Positions 37,155 to 46,884 of a stretch of DNA of 64,000 nucleotides are shown one piece after another. The notes under the pieces are model-generated. The model was given only the letters and a program-made list of their open reading frames with translations. It ran no database searches and was not told where the DNA came from. Made by a program: the position numbers and the translations under genes. Where the stretch lies: NCBI GenBank assembly GCA_963719505.1, contig CAVRCF010000001.1, positions 288,001 to 352,000 of the forward strand. Reading direction: 5' to 3'. Within the stretch, counting starts at the first letter, position 1; the number at the start of each line of letters is the position of its first letter. The DNA comes from Halobacteriovoraceae bacterium (GTDB lineage: Bacteria > Bdellovibrionota > Bacteriovoracia > Bacteriovoracales > Bacteriovoracaceae).

Positions 37155-38552
37155 GTGAAAAGAACATTAAAGAAACTGGGTGCAGCGATCATCCTTCTAG
37201 GATCTGCAAATTCATACGCCCTTCCCATTGATTGGAGTGGAAATATTGGGTTTGATCAAAATATTATTCGCGATGGACGAGGAATTAAGGGCGACTGTAC
37301 AAAAACAGATGGTTCGGAGTGTATAACTAAAGATAATCAAAACGTAAGATACCAAAGTCTTCTTTTAAAGCTTAAACCTTCAATTATTGTTAACGACTCT
37401 GTAACAGTAAAGGGTGAAGTTACAACAGGGACTTTTAGAGGTGCTTTCCTTGGGGAAGATGGAACTGGAGACAGCTCTTATTATGCTCAAACAAATAGTG
37501 GATCTAGCTTAAACTTCACTCAACTCTATGCAGAGATGTATGCAGATACAGCTTTATTTAGAGTTGGTAAGTATGCGAGAAACTACGGCCTTGGTGCAGT
37601 CATTAATAGCGGATCTAATTCTTGGGATAGATTCTTCTCTAGTTATGAAGGTGTAGAAGCTGAATTTAAACTTGGAAGCTTTAAACTTATTCCAGCTCTT
37701 TCCAAATTTAAATCCGATGCAACTCTTCCAAACGGTAAGTACGATGCCAACGAGCAATCTGTTATTGCTATGTATGACAACAGTAATAAAAATTTAAAAG
37801 TTGGCGTTTTTTATGGCGTTCGTGATGTTGAGTCTAATTCCGACCTTTATACAACAGACACAACCTCCCAAGAGACAACTCTTATTGATATTTTCTTTGA
37901 AAAGTCATGGGGAGATTTTAAGCTCGCTGTAGAAATACCTCTCATTTCTGGAGAAGCGGGTACAGCTTTTACCAATACGACAGATGATCAAGACTTTGAT
38001 GCCAGAGCTTATATCGTTGAAACAAGTTACCAATTAAACCCAAGATGGAAAGTGGGTTTAAACTTTGGTTCAGTGACCGGTTCAGACGGAGAAGACGATT
38101 CACATGAAGCTATGTACCTTCACCCAAACTATCAAATTGCTGAAATTATGTTTCGATACAACCGCCAAGGCTTTCAAGATGCAAATGAAAATGCTTTGCG
38201 ATCAAGTATCGTAAATACAAACTATGCGAAAGTTTTTGCTTATTATGAAAACGATGCTTGGGGCTGGAGAATGGACCTTATTATGGCCAAAGCTCTTGAG
38301 TTCGCAAGTAATGGAGATCAATTTTACGATCACAAATCTCAAACATACCAAGTTGCTAATGCCGACCAAAATGAAGATCTGGGAATGGAGTTTGATGCAG
38401 CTTTTGACTATAAGTGGAGTCCAGCTGTTGTTGTGACTGGCTATGCAGCTTACTATCAAGTGGGTGAGTTTTATGAATTCACTAATGGTGCTGAAGATGT
38501 TGAAGCAGCATCTATCATTGCTACAGGTTTTAAAGTTAATATAGGGTTCTAA
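37155..38552 (+). CDS. Outer-membrane beta-barrel protein, porin/alginate-export-like
   Basis: Signal peptide ending SYA, amphipathic strands, DLGMEFD near the C-terminus and terminal Phe. Confidence 0.7.
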   Translation: MKRTLKKLGAAIILLGSANSYALPIDWSGNIGFDQNIIRDGRGIKGDCTKTDGSECITKDNQNVRYQSLLLKLKPSIIVNDSVTVKGEVTTGTFRGAFLGEDGTGDSSYYAQTNSGSSLNFTQLYAEMYADTALFRVGKYARNYGLGAVINSGSNSWDRFFSSYEGVEAEFKLGSFKLIPALSKFKSDATLPNGKYDANEQSVIAMYDNSNKNLKVGVFYGVRDVESNSDLYTTDTTSQETTLIDIFFEKSWGDFKLAVEIPLISGEAGTAFTNTTDDQDFDARAYIVETSYQLNPRWKVGLNFGSVTGSDGEDDSHEAMYLHPNYQIAEIMFRYNRQGFQDANENALRSSIVNTNYAKVFAYYENDAWGWRMDLIMAKALEFASNGDQFYDHKSQTYQVANADQNEDLGMEFDAAFDYKWSPAVVVTGYAAYYQVGEFYEFTNGAEDVEAASIIATGFKVNIGF

Positions 38553-38565
38553 AAAGTAGAACCCT
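38543..38565. terminator. Hairpin between convergent genes, a probable terminator
   Basis: AGGGTTCTA-aaaag-TAGAACCCT. Confidence 0.55.
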
Positions 38566-38591
38566 TATTTCTAATCTATTGATTAATAAAT

Positions 38592-40868
38592 TTATCTAAA
38601 GAAGTTAAATCCACCCATAGGGCTCGTTTGGTTACCCATGTAACTATTCATGAGTCCTGGGTATTGTGCCCCCCCTGAATATCCACCAGTATAACCACCG
38701 CCATACATTGGTTGCTGGCCACCGTAGTAGCCACCTTGGAATTGATTATAACTTGGGTACCTGCCCTGATTCATTCCAACTCCGAGGCCTAGATTCAATC
38801 CAAGTCCAGATGAAAAGCCTTGTTGTTGGTATTGGTTATTCATCATATAAGGATTCATATTGTAATTGCCTGGGCTCATCATCGGACTTGCAAACTGGCT
38901 GCTTAGTCCAGGCTGAGAGAACTGATTAAACGATTGAGTCATCATTGGGTTTTGTGCCCCTTGCATCATCATCGGATTCATCATTGGATTCATCATCGGT
39001 GGCGTGTATCTCATCGGTAATTGAGCAGCCGGACTCTGTGGCGTTGTAACTGGAACTTCAGGAGTCTTTGATGGCTTACTGGCATAGTACTCATCTCTGT
39101 ATCCTTCAAGCTTTTGCCATTCTGCATATTTAGATTTATACAGATCAATTTGTGCATCACAAATTTCAATTTGTTGAGAGCTCACAGTGTATTTAGACTG
39201 AGCGATGAGCATTTCGTCTTCGACACACTCTTGAAGTTTTGTCATATATCTTCCGCCGTACTGTTGAGCATACGGATTCTTTTTAGCACATTGACCCATG
39301 ACCGATTGATAAACCTGGCCCTTTATTCTTAACCACATCTGATCACCTTGAGATTTTTTAACATAGAGCTGCTCACACTGAGCTAGCTTTTGTGCATAAA
39401 ATTCTGATTTATTTTCGTCTGGATTGGTTAAGACAGATTCTCTTTTTGTATACTGGTCGTAGGCAACTTCTCTGTAGTCAGCAATAACATCATTTAAATC
39501 CTCTACCGGCATCATATCTGTAATATCTTTTGAGAACCGGCACGAGCTATTATCAATAGCATAGGCTTGACAAGAAGCCTTAAGACTTATGACGGACTTA
39601 TGCATATTAAGTGTTGCTCTTTTCCATAAAGGATCTTTTATAGGAGCTTTCTTTTTCATTGATAAGAAATGAGCGTAGTCAGCTGAAGAAAAATAAGGGG
39701 CTTGCATATACTGAGAAAGCTCTTTAGAGATATCTCTCATCTTTTTTTCTAACCTTTCTTTTTCTTCTGGAGAGGTAGCGACGTCAAGTTTTGCCTGTAA
39801 ATTAACTAATAGATTTTCGTTTTGTTCGTCTGCTGTATTATGTGAAGAGGAGTCAAAGTGTTTTTGCACGATCAACTTATAAAAATCCTCAAACAACTCA
39901 GCATATTTTTTGGTATCTAATTTACTCATGTCACCTTTTTCAACGGCGGCATCAAATTCTTTTTTTGCTTTTGCCACCTTCGCTAAAAGGTCTTTTTTCA
40001 TAATCGCTTCTAATTGAGAATATGTACCAGAGAGGCTTGTGAAGGCTTCAAGGTTTTGATAAATACTTTGGTAGTTAGCCTCATTACAAAGCTTAGCTGC
40101 TTTATCTTCAAGAACTTGATTTCCAATATCAATCTTCGAATATATTTTGTAGCCACCTTTTTGAATGTCTTCGTAAAAGTAACATTGGTCATTTTTAATT
40201 AATGTTTTATTGGAGAAGACCTTATTCATATTATTAAAAGCTGGGCCTTTTGATACAAAAATTAGTTTACCTGTATCAGTTACTCCTGACTTATCAACAT
40301 CAAGGTTGGCTTTAACTATTTTTGATTTATTAATTTTTCCATCGTCGTAGACACCTGTCTCTTTTAAACAAGAGATAAAACCATCCATCGTTGGAGCGAA
40401 TGATTTCGTTTCGGTCGAGATTGACTCTCCGTTGAGCACTTGTACCTTATATTCACATTCATCCTTTCCACATGACTTGACCCTCGTCTCAAAACTATGA
40501 GGGATCCCATTACCTGCTGGATGAAAAACAAAATCAAGGAGGGAGTTACAATTGGCAATCATTTCGCCACCAAAAATATTTAGTTCTCCCGTAGAAGGAT
40601 TATGTGTTGGAGTTAGTGTTGCACCTTTTCCTCTAAGTAGCCCCATAACAAAGCTTAAAGGCAAGGAGCTTTGGTCTGTAGAGTCACAACTAACTGTTGA
40701 TTCCATAGACTGGCCTTGAGTTAAGTCTGTCGGTGTCACAGTTGTGACCGTTGTTGACTGTATCTCCTCTTGAGAGTCCGAAAGTGCTCCAAGTAAGGTT
40801 CCATTTAGCTGTGCCATTGAATTAAAAGACAGACACAGAACAGAAAAACCAAATAATACTTTATTCAT
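38592..40868 (-). CDS. Large secreted protein with a Met/Gln/Gly/Tyr-rich low-complexity C-terminal tail
   Basis: Signal peptide ending SMA, multiple Cys, and a tail with PMMNPMMNPMMM and GGYYGGQQPMYGGGYTGGY. Confidence 0.8.
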   Translation of the reverse strand: MNKVLFGFSVLCLSFNSMAQLNGTLLGALSDSQEEIQSTTVTTVTPTDLTQGQSMESTVSCDSTDQSSLPLSFVMGLLRGKGATLTPTHNPSTGELNIFGGEMIANCNSLLDFVFHPAGNGIPHSFETRVKSCGKDECEYKVQVLNGESISTETKSFAPTMDGFISCLKETGVYDDGKINKSKIVKANLDVDKSGVTDTGKLIFVSKGPAFNNMNKVFSNKTLIKNDQCYFYEDIQKGGYKIYSKIDIGNQVLEDKAAKLCNEANYQSIYQNLEAFTSLSGTYSQLEAIMKKDLLAKVAKAKKEFDAAVEKGDMSKLDTKKYAELFEDFYKLIVQKHFDSSSHNTADEQNENLLVNLQAKLDVATSPEEKERLEKKMRDISKELSQYMQAPYFSSADYAHFLSMKKKAPIKDPLWKRATLNMHKSVISLKASCQAYAIDNSSCRFSKDITDMMPVEDLNDVIADYREVAYDQYTKRESVLTNPDENKSEFYAQKLAQCEQLYVKKSQGDQMWLRIKGQVYQSVMGQCAKKNPYAQQYGGRYMTKLQECVEDEMLIAQSKYTVSSQQIEICDAQIDLYKSKYAEWQKLEGYRDEYYASKPSKTPEVPVTTPQSPAAQLPMRYTPPMMNPMMNPMMMQGAQNPMMTQSFNQFSQPGLSSQFASPMMSPGNYNMNPYMMNNQYQQQGFSSGLGLNLGLGVGMNQGRYPSYNQFQGGYYGGQQPMYGGGYTGGYSGGAQYPGLMNSYMGNQTSPMGGFNFFR

Positions 40869-40900
40869 ATAAACCCCAAAGTTTTAGTACTCGTCTACTC

Positions 40901-40927
40901 TGATCGGTAATTTATGAATTAAGTTTA
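40901..40927 (-). promoter_or_regulatory. Putative sigma-28 (FliA)-type promoter
   Basis: Minus strand TAAA-N15-ACCGATCA upstream of 40868. Confidence 0.5.
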
Positions 40928-40950
40928 GTTTTTAATCTAAGATGTTGATT

Positions 40951-41925
40951 TTACAGTATAAAGGAAGGTTTAATTTGGGTAATGACCTGATCCGAAACCT
41001 CTTCAACAGATTTTTGATAACGCTCTACTCTGTTATACGAATCACTGGGGTCATCTGTTAAAACTTGAATCTTTCGAACATTGATTTCGTAGTTTTTTTG
41101 ATCACTAATTCTCATATAGATCGTTTCTGGAAAATCAAAATCTTTTGATAAAAGGACGTAGTTGTGAAGCTGGAATTCTACTTCATAACTATCACCGACT
41201 AATCTCATCATGAGAAGTCTATGTGTATCATTATCGAATCTTAAAGTGACCTTATCGCTTTCGTAGACAAGATAGAACTTTTTATTTTCAAAGACTCTTT
41301 TTAAAGCATTATTTTCATCTATAAAGCTTGACTCCAAAGTCTCATTTACTTCTGCAAGTTTTTTTGGGTCACTTGGTTTAAGTGGGTTTTCACCAGCATC
41401 CTCGTTATTATTTACCTTGCCTAAATAGGTTCTATAGCGGCTTAGAAGCCATTGTAGTTTTTTATTAAACTTATTTTTATTTGGCTGAATTTTAGGATCT
41501 AAACTTCCCAGTAAAGAGACAAGCATGTCTGACTTGTTAACCATTAAGCTTCTCATCAGAGAATAAAAAGCCTTTGTCTCAAGGTTACTCGACTTTAAGC
41601 TTTGAAAATCAAATTTCTTAAACGTATTTACTTTATTAATTGTTTGATTAGAAATAACGCCATCTCTATAGTCCACTTGTACAAGATCGATAACACCTTT
41701 AACATCTGAGTTGAAAAGGAACTTGTAAGTCGACTTTGCAGGTTCTGCTGATTTTATTTCCTCGTCTTCACTTTTAATTCTATTGATGACAACTGAGCCA
41801 TAGGTTACCTTATCTGTAGTATCCACATTATTTCCGTTACGAAGCATTGAATCCACTGTCGGGATGTAGGCAAAGCTGTTCAAACAGAATGTTAATAGGA
41901 TAAATGCAATCTTCTTGTTGTTCAT
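40951..41925 (-). CDS. Exported hypothetical protein
   Basis: Signal peptide ending SFA; 324 aa. Confidence 0.7.
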   Translation of the reverse strand: MNNKKIAFILLTFCLNSFAYIPTVDSMLRNGNNVDTTDKVTYGSVVINRIKSEDEEIKSAEPAKSTYKFLFNSDVKGVIDLVQVDYRDGVISNQTINKVNTFKKFDFQSLKSSNLETKAFYSLMRSLMVNKSDMLVSLLGSLDPKIQPNKNKFNKKLQWLLSRYRTYLGKVNNNEDAGENPLKPSDPKKLAEVNETLESSFIDENNALKRVFENKKFYLVYESDKVTLRFDNDTHRLLMMRLVGDSYEVEFQLHNYVLLSKDFDFPETIYMRISDQKNYEINVRKIQVLTDDPSDSYNRVERYQKSVEEVSDQVITQIKPSFIL

Positions 41926-41973
41926 ATAATTCTCATTGTCTATAATAGCTAAAATCTTATTATAAGGCAGTAA

Positions 41974-42858
41974 ATGAACAAGTCACATTTTTTTATAATT
42001 TTTTTATCTCTTTTGGGATTACAAGCATCGGCTTCTATTCGTGACCTTGAAACGACTAGGCTGCAATCTACTGCTGGGGCTGGCGTGGCGTCAGTTTTGG
42101 TCAATGAAGCGTCGTTTTTAAATCCAGCCTCTATCGTCTTTGTGCCGACTTCAGCTTTTTATTATCAAAGAGGAAGCTCAACTCTAAATGGAGATTCCGA
42201 CCAAAGAACTTCAGATTTTTCTGATGGCTCCAACGAGGTTTACCTGTTGTCGGACTCATCTGGTCAACTAAAGGGAACGTTCAGTTACCAAAGGCAAGCT
42301 GAAAATCAATATAGAAGACTGCGGTTTACAAGCTCTCTTGCTGCAAATTATGGTAAAAGGTCATCTTTTGGTCTTCTTTACCGTTACACGACGGACGAGG
42401 ACATTAGGGAAGATGAAGAAGAGAAGTATCATCAAGTCGTTCTAGGAATGACCCATATATTTTCAGAGCAGTTTTCTTTTGGTGCCACGCTAGTTGATCC
42501 TTTTCTCGCCAATAAAGAAGATGCAAGGTTTACTGCAGGTATTCAGTATACACTAATTAGTAATTTAATTCTTATCTTGGACTACGGAGTTAACTTCAAC
42601 GATGATCCCAATAAAAATTCAGTGACTAAAGGTGCTCTTCAGATCAACTTCTTTAGAGACTTTTTTCTTCGCGGTGGGAGATTCCATGACAATATAACAG
42701 GTTTATCTGGGAATGCATGGGGACTATCTTGGATTGGTCCAAGGCTCGCTTTGGAATATGCTGTTAAGTCATCGGAAGTGACTCAAGAGAAGTCCGACTA
42801 TTTCTACGAAGAAGAAAAGTTAATCGAAAGTTCACTCTCACTCGCTCTTATTTTTTAA
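41974..42858 (+). CDS. Putative outer-membrane beta-barrel protein
   Basis: Signal peptide, AGAGVA...FLNPA motif as in FadL/PorV-like barrel N-termini, and terminal Phe. Confidence 0.6.
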   Translation: MNKSHFFIIFLSLLGLQASASIRDLETTRLQSTAGAGVASVLVNEASFLNPASIVFVPTSAFYYQRGSSTLNGDSDQRTSDFSDGSNEVYLLSDSSGQLKGTFSYQRQAENQYRRLRFTSSLAANYGKRSSFGLLYRYTTDEDIREDEEEKYHQVVLGMTHIFSEQFSFGATLVDPFLANKEDARFTAGIQYTLISNLILILDYGVNFNDDPNKNSVTKGALQINFFRDFFLRGGRFHDNITGLSGNAWGLSWIGPRLALEYAVKSSEVTQEKSDYFYEEEKLIESSLSLALIF

Positions 42859-42861
42859 ATC

Positions 42862-43629
42862 ATGACGACAAAAGAAGAAGATAAAAAAGAACAACAGCGC
42901 CGAGTTCTCCTCCAGAGAAAATTTGGTCAACGAATAACAATTGCCAGGCAAGGACGCGAAGCCTTTTTGGCGAAAGAATATGTTATTTGCATGCATAAAT
43001 ATCTTGAATATTTAACAATCGTCTCTGACTCCAGAGATGTTGAAGATATCTATGCACTTTCGCCTTCTGATTTCGATGATAAAACTCAGCTCTCTGAACT
43101 TCTGCTTATCAGCCATATCTATTGGGAGATGGCGAGAATCAATGAAATGACACCCAAGCTTCAAGCAAACTTTCAAAAGTGCTTATCCCAGTTTGTTAAA
43201 TTTACTATAAATCAACCCTACCAAGTTCTTAATGCTGAGATGCTTAGAAAATATAATAAAATGAACGCCAAGCGCTCAAGGTTTGCTACAAAGTACTCGG
43301 AGGCCTATTCTGAAATTTTTGTGCAGTCTAAAAAGTGTTTTATCGCTACTGAATGTTTTGGCTACGACCACCCTCACACAAATAATCTCAGGGTTTTTAA
43401 AAACGAACTTCTCCAGTGGCCTTTTGGCGAAGTCTTAGTTGCCACCTATTATAAATCATCCCCTTTAATGATAAAGAAACTTCACCAGATCGCACTTTTA
43501 GAGACCTTAAAAAAATATCTGGTTGTGCCGTTTTTAACCTTCTTTTCATTATTTACAGAAACGAGTATATTTAAAAGATGTTCCTATTATCTAAAATTAT
43601 TGCAAAAGAATGGTTCAAATCGCTCTTAG
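42862..43629 (+). CDS. Protein with a CFI-box-CTERM-like domain
   Basis: KKCFIATECFG...LRVFKNE.L.WPFG...VATYYKSSP. Confidence 0.7.
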   Translation: MTTKEEDKKEQQRRVLLQRKFGQRITIARQGREAFLAKEYVICMHKYLEYLTIVSDSRDVEDIYALSPSDFDDKTQLSELLLISHIYWEMARINEMTPKLQANFQKCLSQFVKFTINQPYQVLNAEMLRKYNKMNAKRSRFATKYSEAYSEIFVQSKKCFIATECFGYDHPHTNNLRVFKNELLQWPFGEVLVATYYKSSPLMIKKLHQIALLETLKKYLVVPFLTFFSLFTETSIFKRCSYYLKLLQKNGSNRS

Positions 43630-44669
43630 GAGCAGTCATCGTTCTTTTCATTCTCATCACTGTAGGAGACATCGTTAATGGTTTTCTAAGAAGCTATACA
43701 GCGAGACGGGTCTTGATTGAGTATATTCTCAAGATGCCAGAGTTGATGGGAAAGATGCTTCCCATTAGTGCCTTACTCGCGACTCTTTTTTCCATCAATA
43801 AGCTCAAAGGTCACAGCGAACTCATCGCCATTCTTGCTGGGGGTTACTCAGCCTTTAGAATATATATATTGGTGCTTCTTTGTTCGTTAACAGTCGCTGC
43901 TGCTCAGTTTGTAAACCTAGGCTTTTTAATGCCTCAAGCCAACAAGACTAAAAGGCTTGAGTTTGAAAAATCTAGAAAAAATGAAAGTAAATACCTTGCT
44001 CGATCACAGATCGGAGGAACGGGACTTCTTTGGTATAAGTCGGACAACTACTTTACCTCTTTCAAAGCTTATGACCGTGAGAACAGAATTCTCAAAGGGG
44101 TTACCTTTTACTTCTATTCGCAAGAGGGAAAAACGACGAGTGTTTATAAGGCTGAATACGCCAAATTTATAAAAGACTACAAGTGGGAATTTAACAATCT
44201 CAAGGTAATGCAATTTCTGGATAATAACGATTTCCCAAAGGTGAGCCCTCTTGGGAAGCTGATGGTCACTCTCAAAGAAGACCCTAGTGATTTTGGACAA
44301 TTTGAATCAGATATTACAACTTTGGGTTTCTTTAATCTTTATCAGTTCATCTCCAGACTCAAAAACACAGGAATTAATTCTTCTGAGTATGAAATAATGC
44401 TTTACGAGAAAGTCTCTCTATCTGTTATTTGCGTTATTTTTTCTCTTTTTCCACTCGCTGGTATTTTTACCCCCAATAGAAGAGGTGGATCCTTTGGAAA
44501 GAGTGTTGTTTTGACTCTGATCTTTACCATCGGCTTTTGGCTCGTCTACTCCTCAGTTATCGCAATGGGTAATAATGGTAGTTTAAACCCAATTGTAGCA
44601 ACCATGGGTATTCCAGCCTTGTTCGTCCTCTACATCTTAGGCGTAATTCGTAAAAATCGCTCCCTCTAA
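43578..44669 (+). CDS. LptF/LptG family LPS export permease
   Basis: Three N-terminal TMs, PISALLATL...SELIAILAGGYS, a periplasmic domain and three C-terminal TMs. Confidence 0.88.
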   Translation: MFLLSKIIAKEWFKSLLGAVIVLFILITVGDIVNGFLRSYTARRVLIEYILKMPELMGKMLPISALLATLFSINKLKGHSELIAILAGGYSAFRIYILVLLCSLTVAAAQFVNLGFLMPQANKTKRLEFEKSRKNESKYLARSQIGGTGLLWYKSDNYFTSFKAYDRENRILKGVTFYFYSQEGKTTSVYKAEYAKFIKDYKWEFNNLKVMQFLDNNDFPKVSPLGKLMVTLKEDPSDFGQFESDITTLGFFNLYQFISRLKNTGINSSEYEIMLYEKVSLSVICVIFSLFPLAGIFTPNRRGGSFGKSVVLTLIFTIGFWLVYSSVIAMGNNGSLNPIVATMGIPALFVLYILGVIRKNRSL

Positions 44670-44707
44670 GCTATTCGCAAATGCTTATAAATATGCTATA
44701 AATTCTT

Positions 44708-45283
44708 ATGGAAAAGATACTTGAAAATTACGAATTAAAAGGGAAAGAGCTTCCAATAGTGACCTACCCAGACCCTGTTCTCACTCAAATTGCACAGCCT
44801 GTGACAGAGTTTAATAAAGAGCTTCAAACTCTTTGTATAGATATGCTTTATACGATGTACCACGCACCAGGTATTGGCTTGGCAGCGCCTCAAATCGGTT
44901 TAAGCAAAAGACTATTTGTCATCGACGTGGACTTTTCTAGAGAAGAAACTTCAGAGGGTTCAGAAGAATATTTAATGAGTGATTTTAACCCCAGAATATT
45001 TATCAACCCTGTGATAAAAAAAACAGAAGGTGAAACAGTTTATCAAGAGGGCTGTCTCTCTTTGCCTGGTATTTATGAAGATGTTAAAAGGTTTGATAAA
45101 GTCGAGATTGAATATCAAGATACCGAAGGCAATAGTCACACCCTTGAGGCGGAAGAACTTCTCTCTATATGCATTCAACATGAGAACGACCATTTAGAAG
45201 GTAAAGTATTTATAGACCGTCTCAGTAACTTGAAGAAAGCTTTTTTTAAAAAGAAACTAACAAAAGCAAAAAAACAGCAATGA
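44708..45283 (+). CDS. def: Peptide deformylase
   Basis: GIGLAAPQIG, EGCLS and QHENDHL. Confidence 0.97.
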   Translation: MEKILENYELKGKELPIVTYPDPVLTQIAQPVTEFNKELQTLCIDMLYTMYHAPGIGLAAPQIGLSKRLFVIDVDFSREETSEGSEEYLMSDFNPRIFINPVIKKTEGETVYQEGCLSLPGIYEDVKRFDKVEIEYQDTEGNSHTLEAEELLSICIQHENDHLEGKVFIDRLSNLKKAFFKKKLTKAKKQQ

Positions 45284-46224
45284 AACAGCATAAAAAGCTT
45301 AAGACTGTCTTCTTTGGAACACCTGATTTTTCGGTTCCCTCACTGGAGCTTTTGGCAAACCACTCAAATATTGAGCTGGTCAGTGTAGTCTCTATGCCGG
45401 ATAGACCATCCGGTAGAGGTCAGAATGTTAAATCTCCAGAAGTCATTCAATTCGCAAAGCAAGCTAAAATAAATTTTTTTCAAACTGAAAATATCAATAA
45501 AGAAAAAGAGTTTATTGAAACTCTCAAAAATCAACAAATCGATCTTTTCATTGTTTTAGCATTTGCCCAGTTTTTAGGTGAAGAGCTTTTAGAACTACCA
45601 ACATTGGGATGCTTTAATATTCATACATCTCTTTTGCCTAAATACAGAGGTGCTGCACCTATTCAGTACGCATTATTAAATGGTGATACTTCTACAGGTG
45701 TGTCCATTCAAAAAATGGTAAAGAAAATGGATGCCGGTGATCTCGCCTTAAGTAGCCCCATTGAAATCTCACCCACAGAAAGTGGAGGTCAGCTCTACAC
45801 TAGACTAAAGTTTCAAGCTGCTCTATCGCTAAATGATTTTATTCTTAATACTGTTGAAGAAAAGATAGAGTTTGTCCCTCAAGATGAAAGTAAGGTGACT
45901 TTTGCACCAACATTAAAAAAAGAAGATGGCTTTTTGAGTTTCAAAGATGAAACGTATGAAAATATTTTTAATAAGTTGAGAGCTTTTGATCCTTGGCCTG
46001 GGATTTATTTCTTTCTCGATAAAAAAAGAGTAAAGGTTTTTGAAATAGAAAAGTCCCTTGAGAACTTACAACCTGGACAGATGAAACTGACAAGTACATC
46101 TATTTTAATTGGCTGCCAAGACTCTACACTTTCACTTTTAACGATACAGATTGAAGGCAAGAAAAAGTCAAAAGCCAGTGCAATTGTTAATGGCCTTGAC
46201 AAGAACACAAGAGTTAACCCATAG
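45280..46224 (+). CDS. fmt: Methionyl-tRNA formyltransferase
   Basis: FFGTPDF, NIHTSLLPKYRGAAPIQ and MDAGD. Confidence 0.97.
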   Translation: MKQHKKLKTVFFGTPDFSVPSLELLANHSNIELVSVVSMPDRPSGRGQNVKSPEVIQFAKQAKINFFQTENINKEKEFIETLKNQQIDLFIVLAFAQFLGEELLELPTLGCFNIHTSLLPKYRGAAPIQYALLNGDTSTGVSIQKMVKKMDAGDLALSSPIEISPTESGGQLYTRLKFQAALSLNDFILNTVEEKIEFVPQDESKVTFAPTLKKEDGFLSFKDETYENIFNKLRAFDPWPGIYFFLDKKRVKVFEIEKSLENLQPGQMKLTSTSILIGCQDSTLSLLTIQIEGKKKSKASAIVNGLDKNTRVNP

Positions 46225-46231
46225 GAATCAA

Positions 46232-46876
46232 ATGACAATAATCGCACCAAGTATACTTGCTAGTAATTTTTTAAAACTACAACAAGAAATAGAATCATTT
46301 AATGAGTTAAGTGATATCTGGTTTCACTTGGATGTAATGGATGGTCACTATGTCCCCAATCTCACTTTTGGAGCTTGTGTCTTAAAAGATATATCCTCTG
46401 TTACCAAACACCCCTTAGATGTACACCTTATGGTGACAAATCCGCTGGACTATATTGAGCCATTTAAAAAGCTAAACCTTACGAACTTTACTTTTCATTG
46501 GGAGGCGGTGACTCATCATGACAGTGCTGTCAATCAGTTAAAAGATCACTTTAGTTCTGTGGGCATCTCTTTAAACCCAGCAACTCCAGTCCACTTAGTG
46601 CCGGATTATATTTATAAAAAGATAGACCTTGTTTTGATCATGTCTGTAAATCCAGGCTTTGGGGGACAATCTTTTATTGAAAGCACGACTGAAAAGCTTC
46701 GTGAACTTAAAAAAATGAGAGATAAACTAGGGGCAAGTTTTAAAATCCAAGTGGACGGTGGAGTCACTGATAAAAATGCAAAGAACTTAGTAGAAGCAGG
46801 TGCAGATATACTTGTGGCAGGCTCATTCATCTTCGGCTCCCAGTCGTATAAAGATGCAGTAAATAAATTAAGATAG
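46232..46876 (+). CDS. rpe: Ribulose-phosphate 3-epimerase
   Basis: IAPSIL, HLDVMDGHYVPNLTFG, MSVNPGFGGQ and VDGG; start taken at MTIIAPS. Confidence 0.96.
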   Translation: MTIIAPSILASNFLKLQQEIESFNELSDIWFHLDVMDGHYVPNLTFGACVLKDISSVTKHPLDVHLMVTNPLDYIEPFKKLNLTNFTFHWEAVTHHDSAVNQLKDHFSSVGISLNPATPVHLVPDYIYKKIDLVLIMSVNPGFGGQSFIESTTEKLRELKKMRDKLGASFKIQVDGGVTDKNAKNLVEAGADILVAGSFIFGSQSYKDAVNKLR

Positions 46877-46884
46877 GAAATGAT

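Noticed and set aside
38930-39010. Short tandem DNA repeats (catcatcggatt-like) as a CRISPR array or VNTR
   Set aside because: They are coding repeats for PMMN within the low-complexity tail and have no repeat-spacer structure. No CRISPR array or cas gene was seen in the window.
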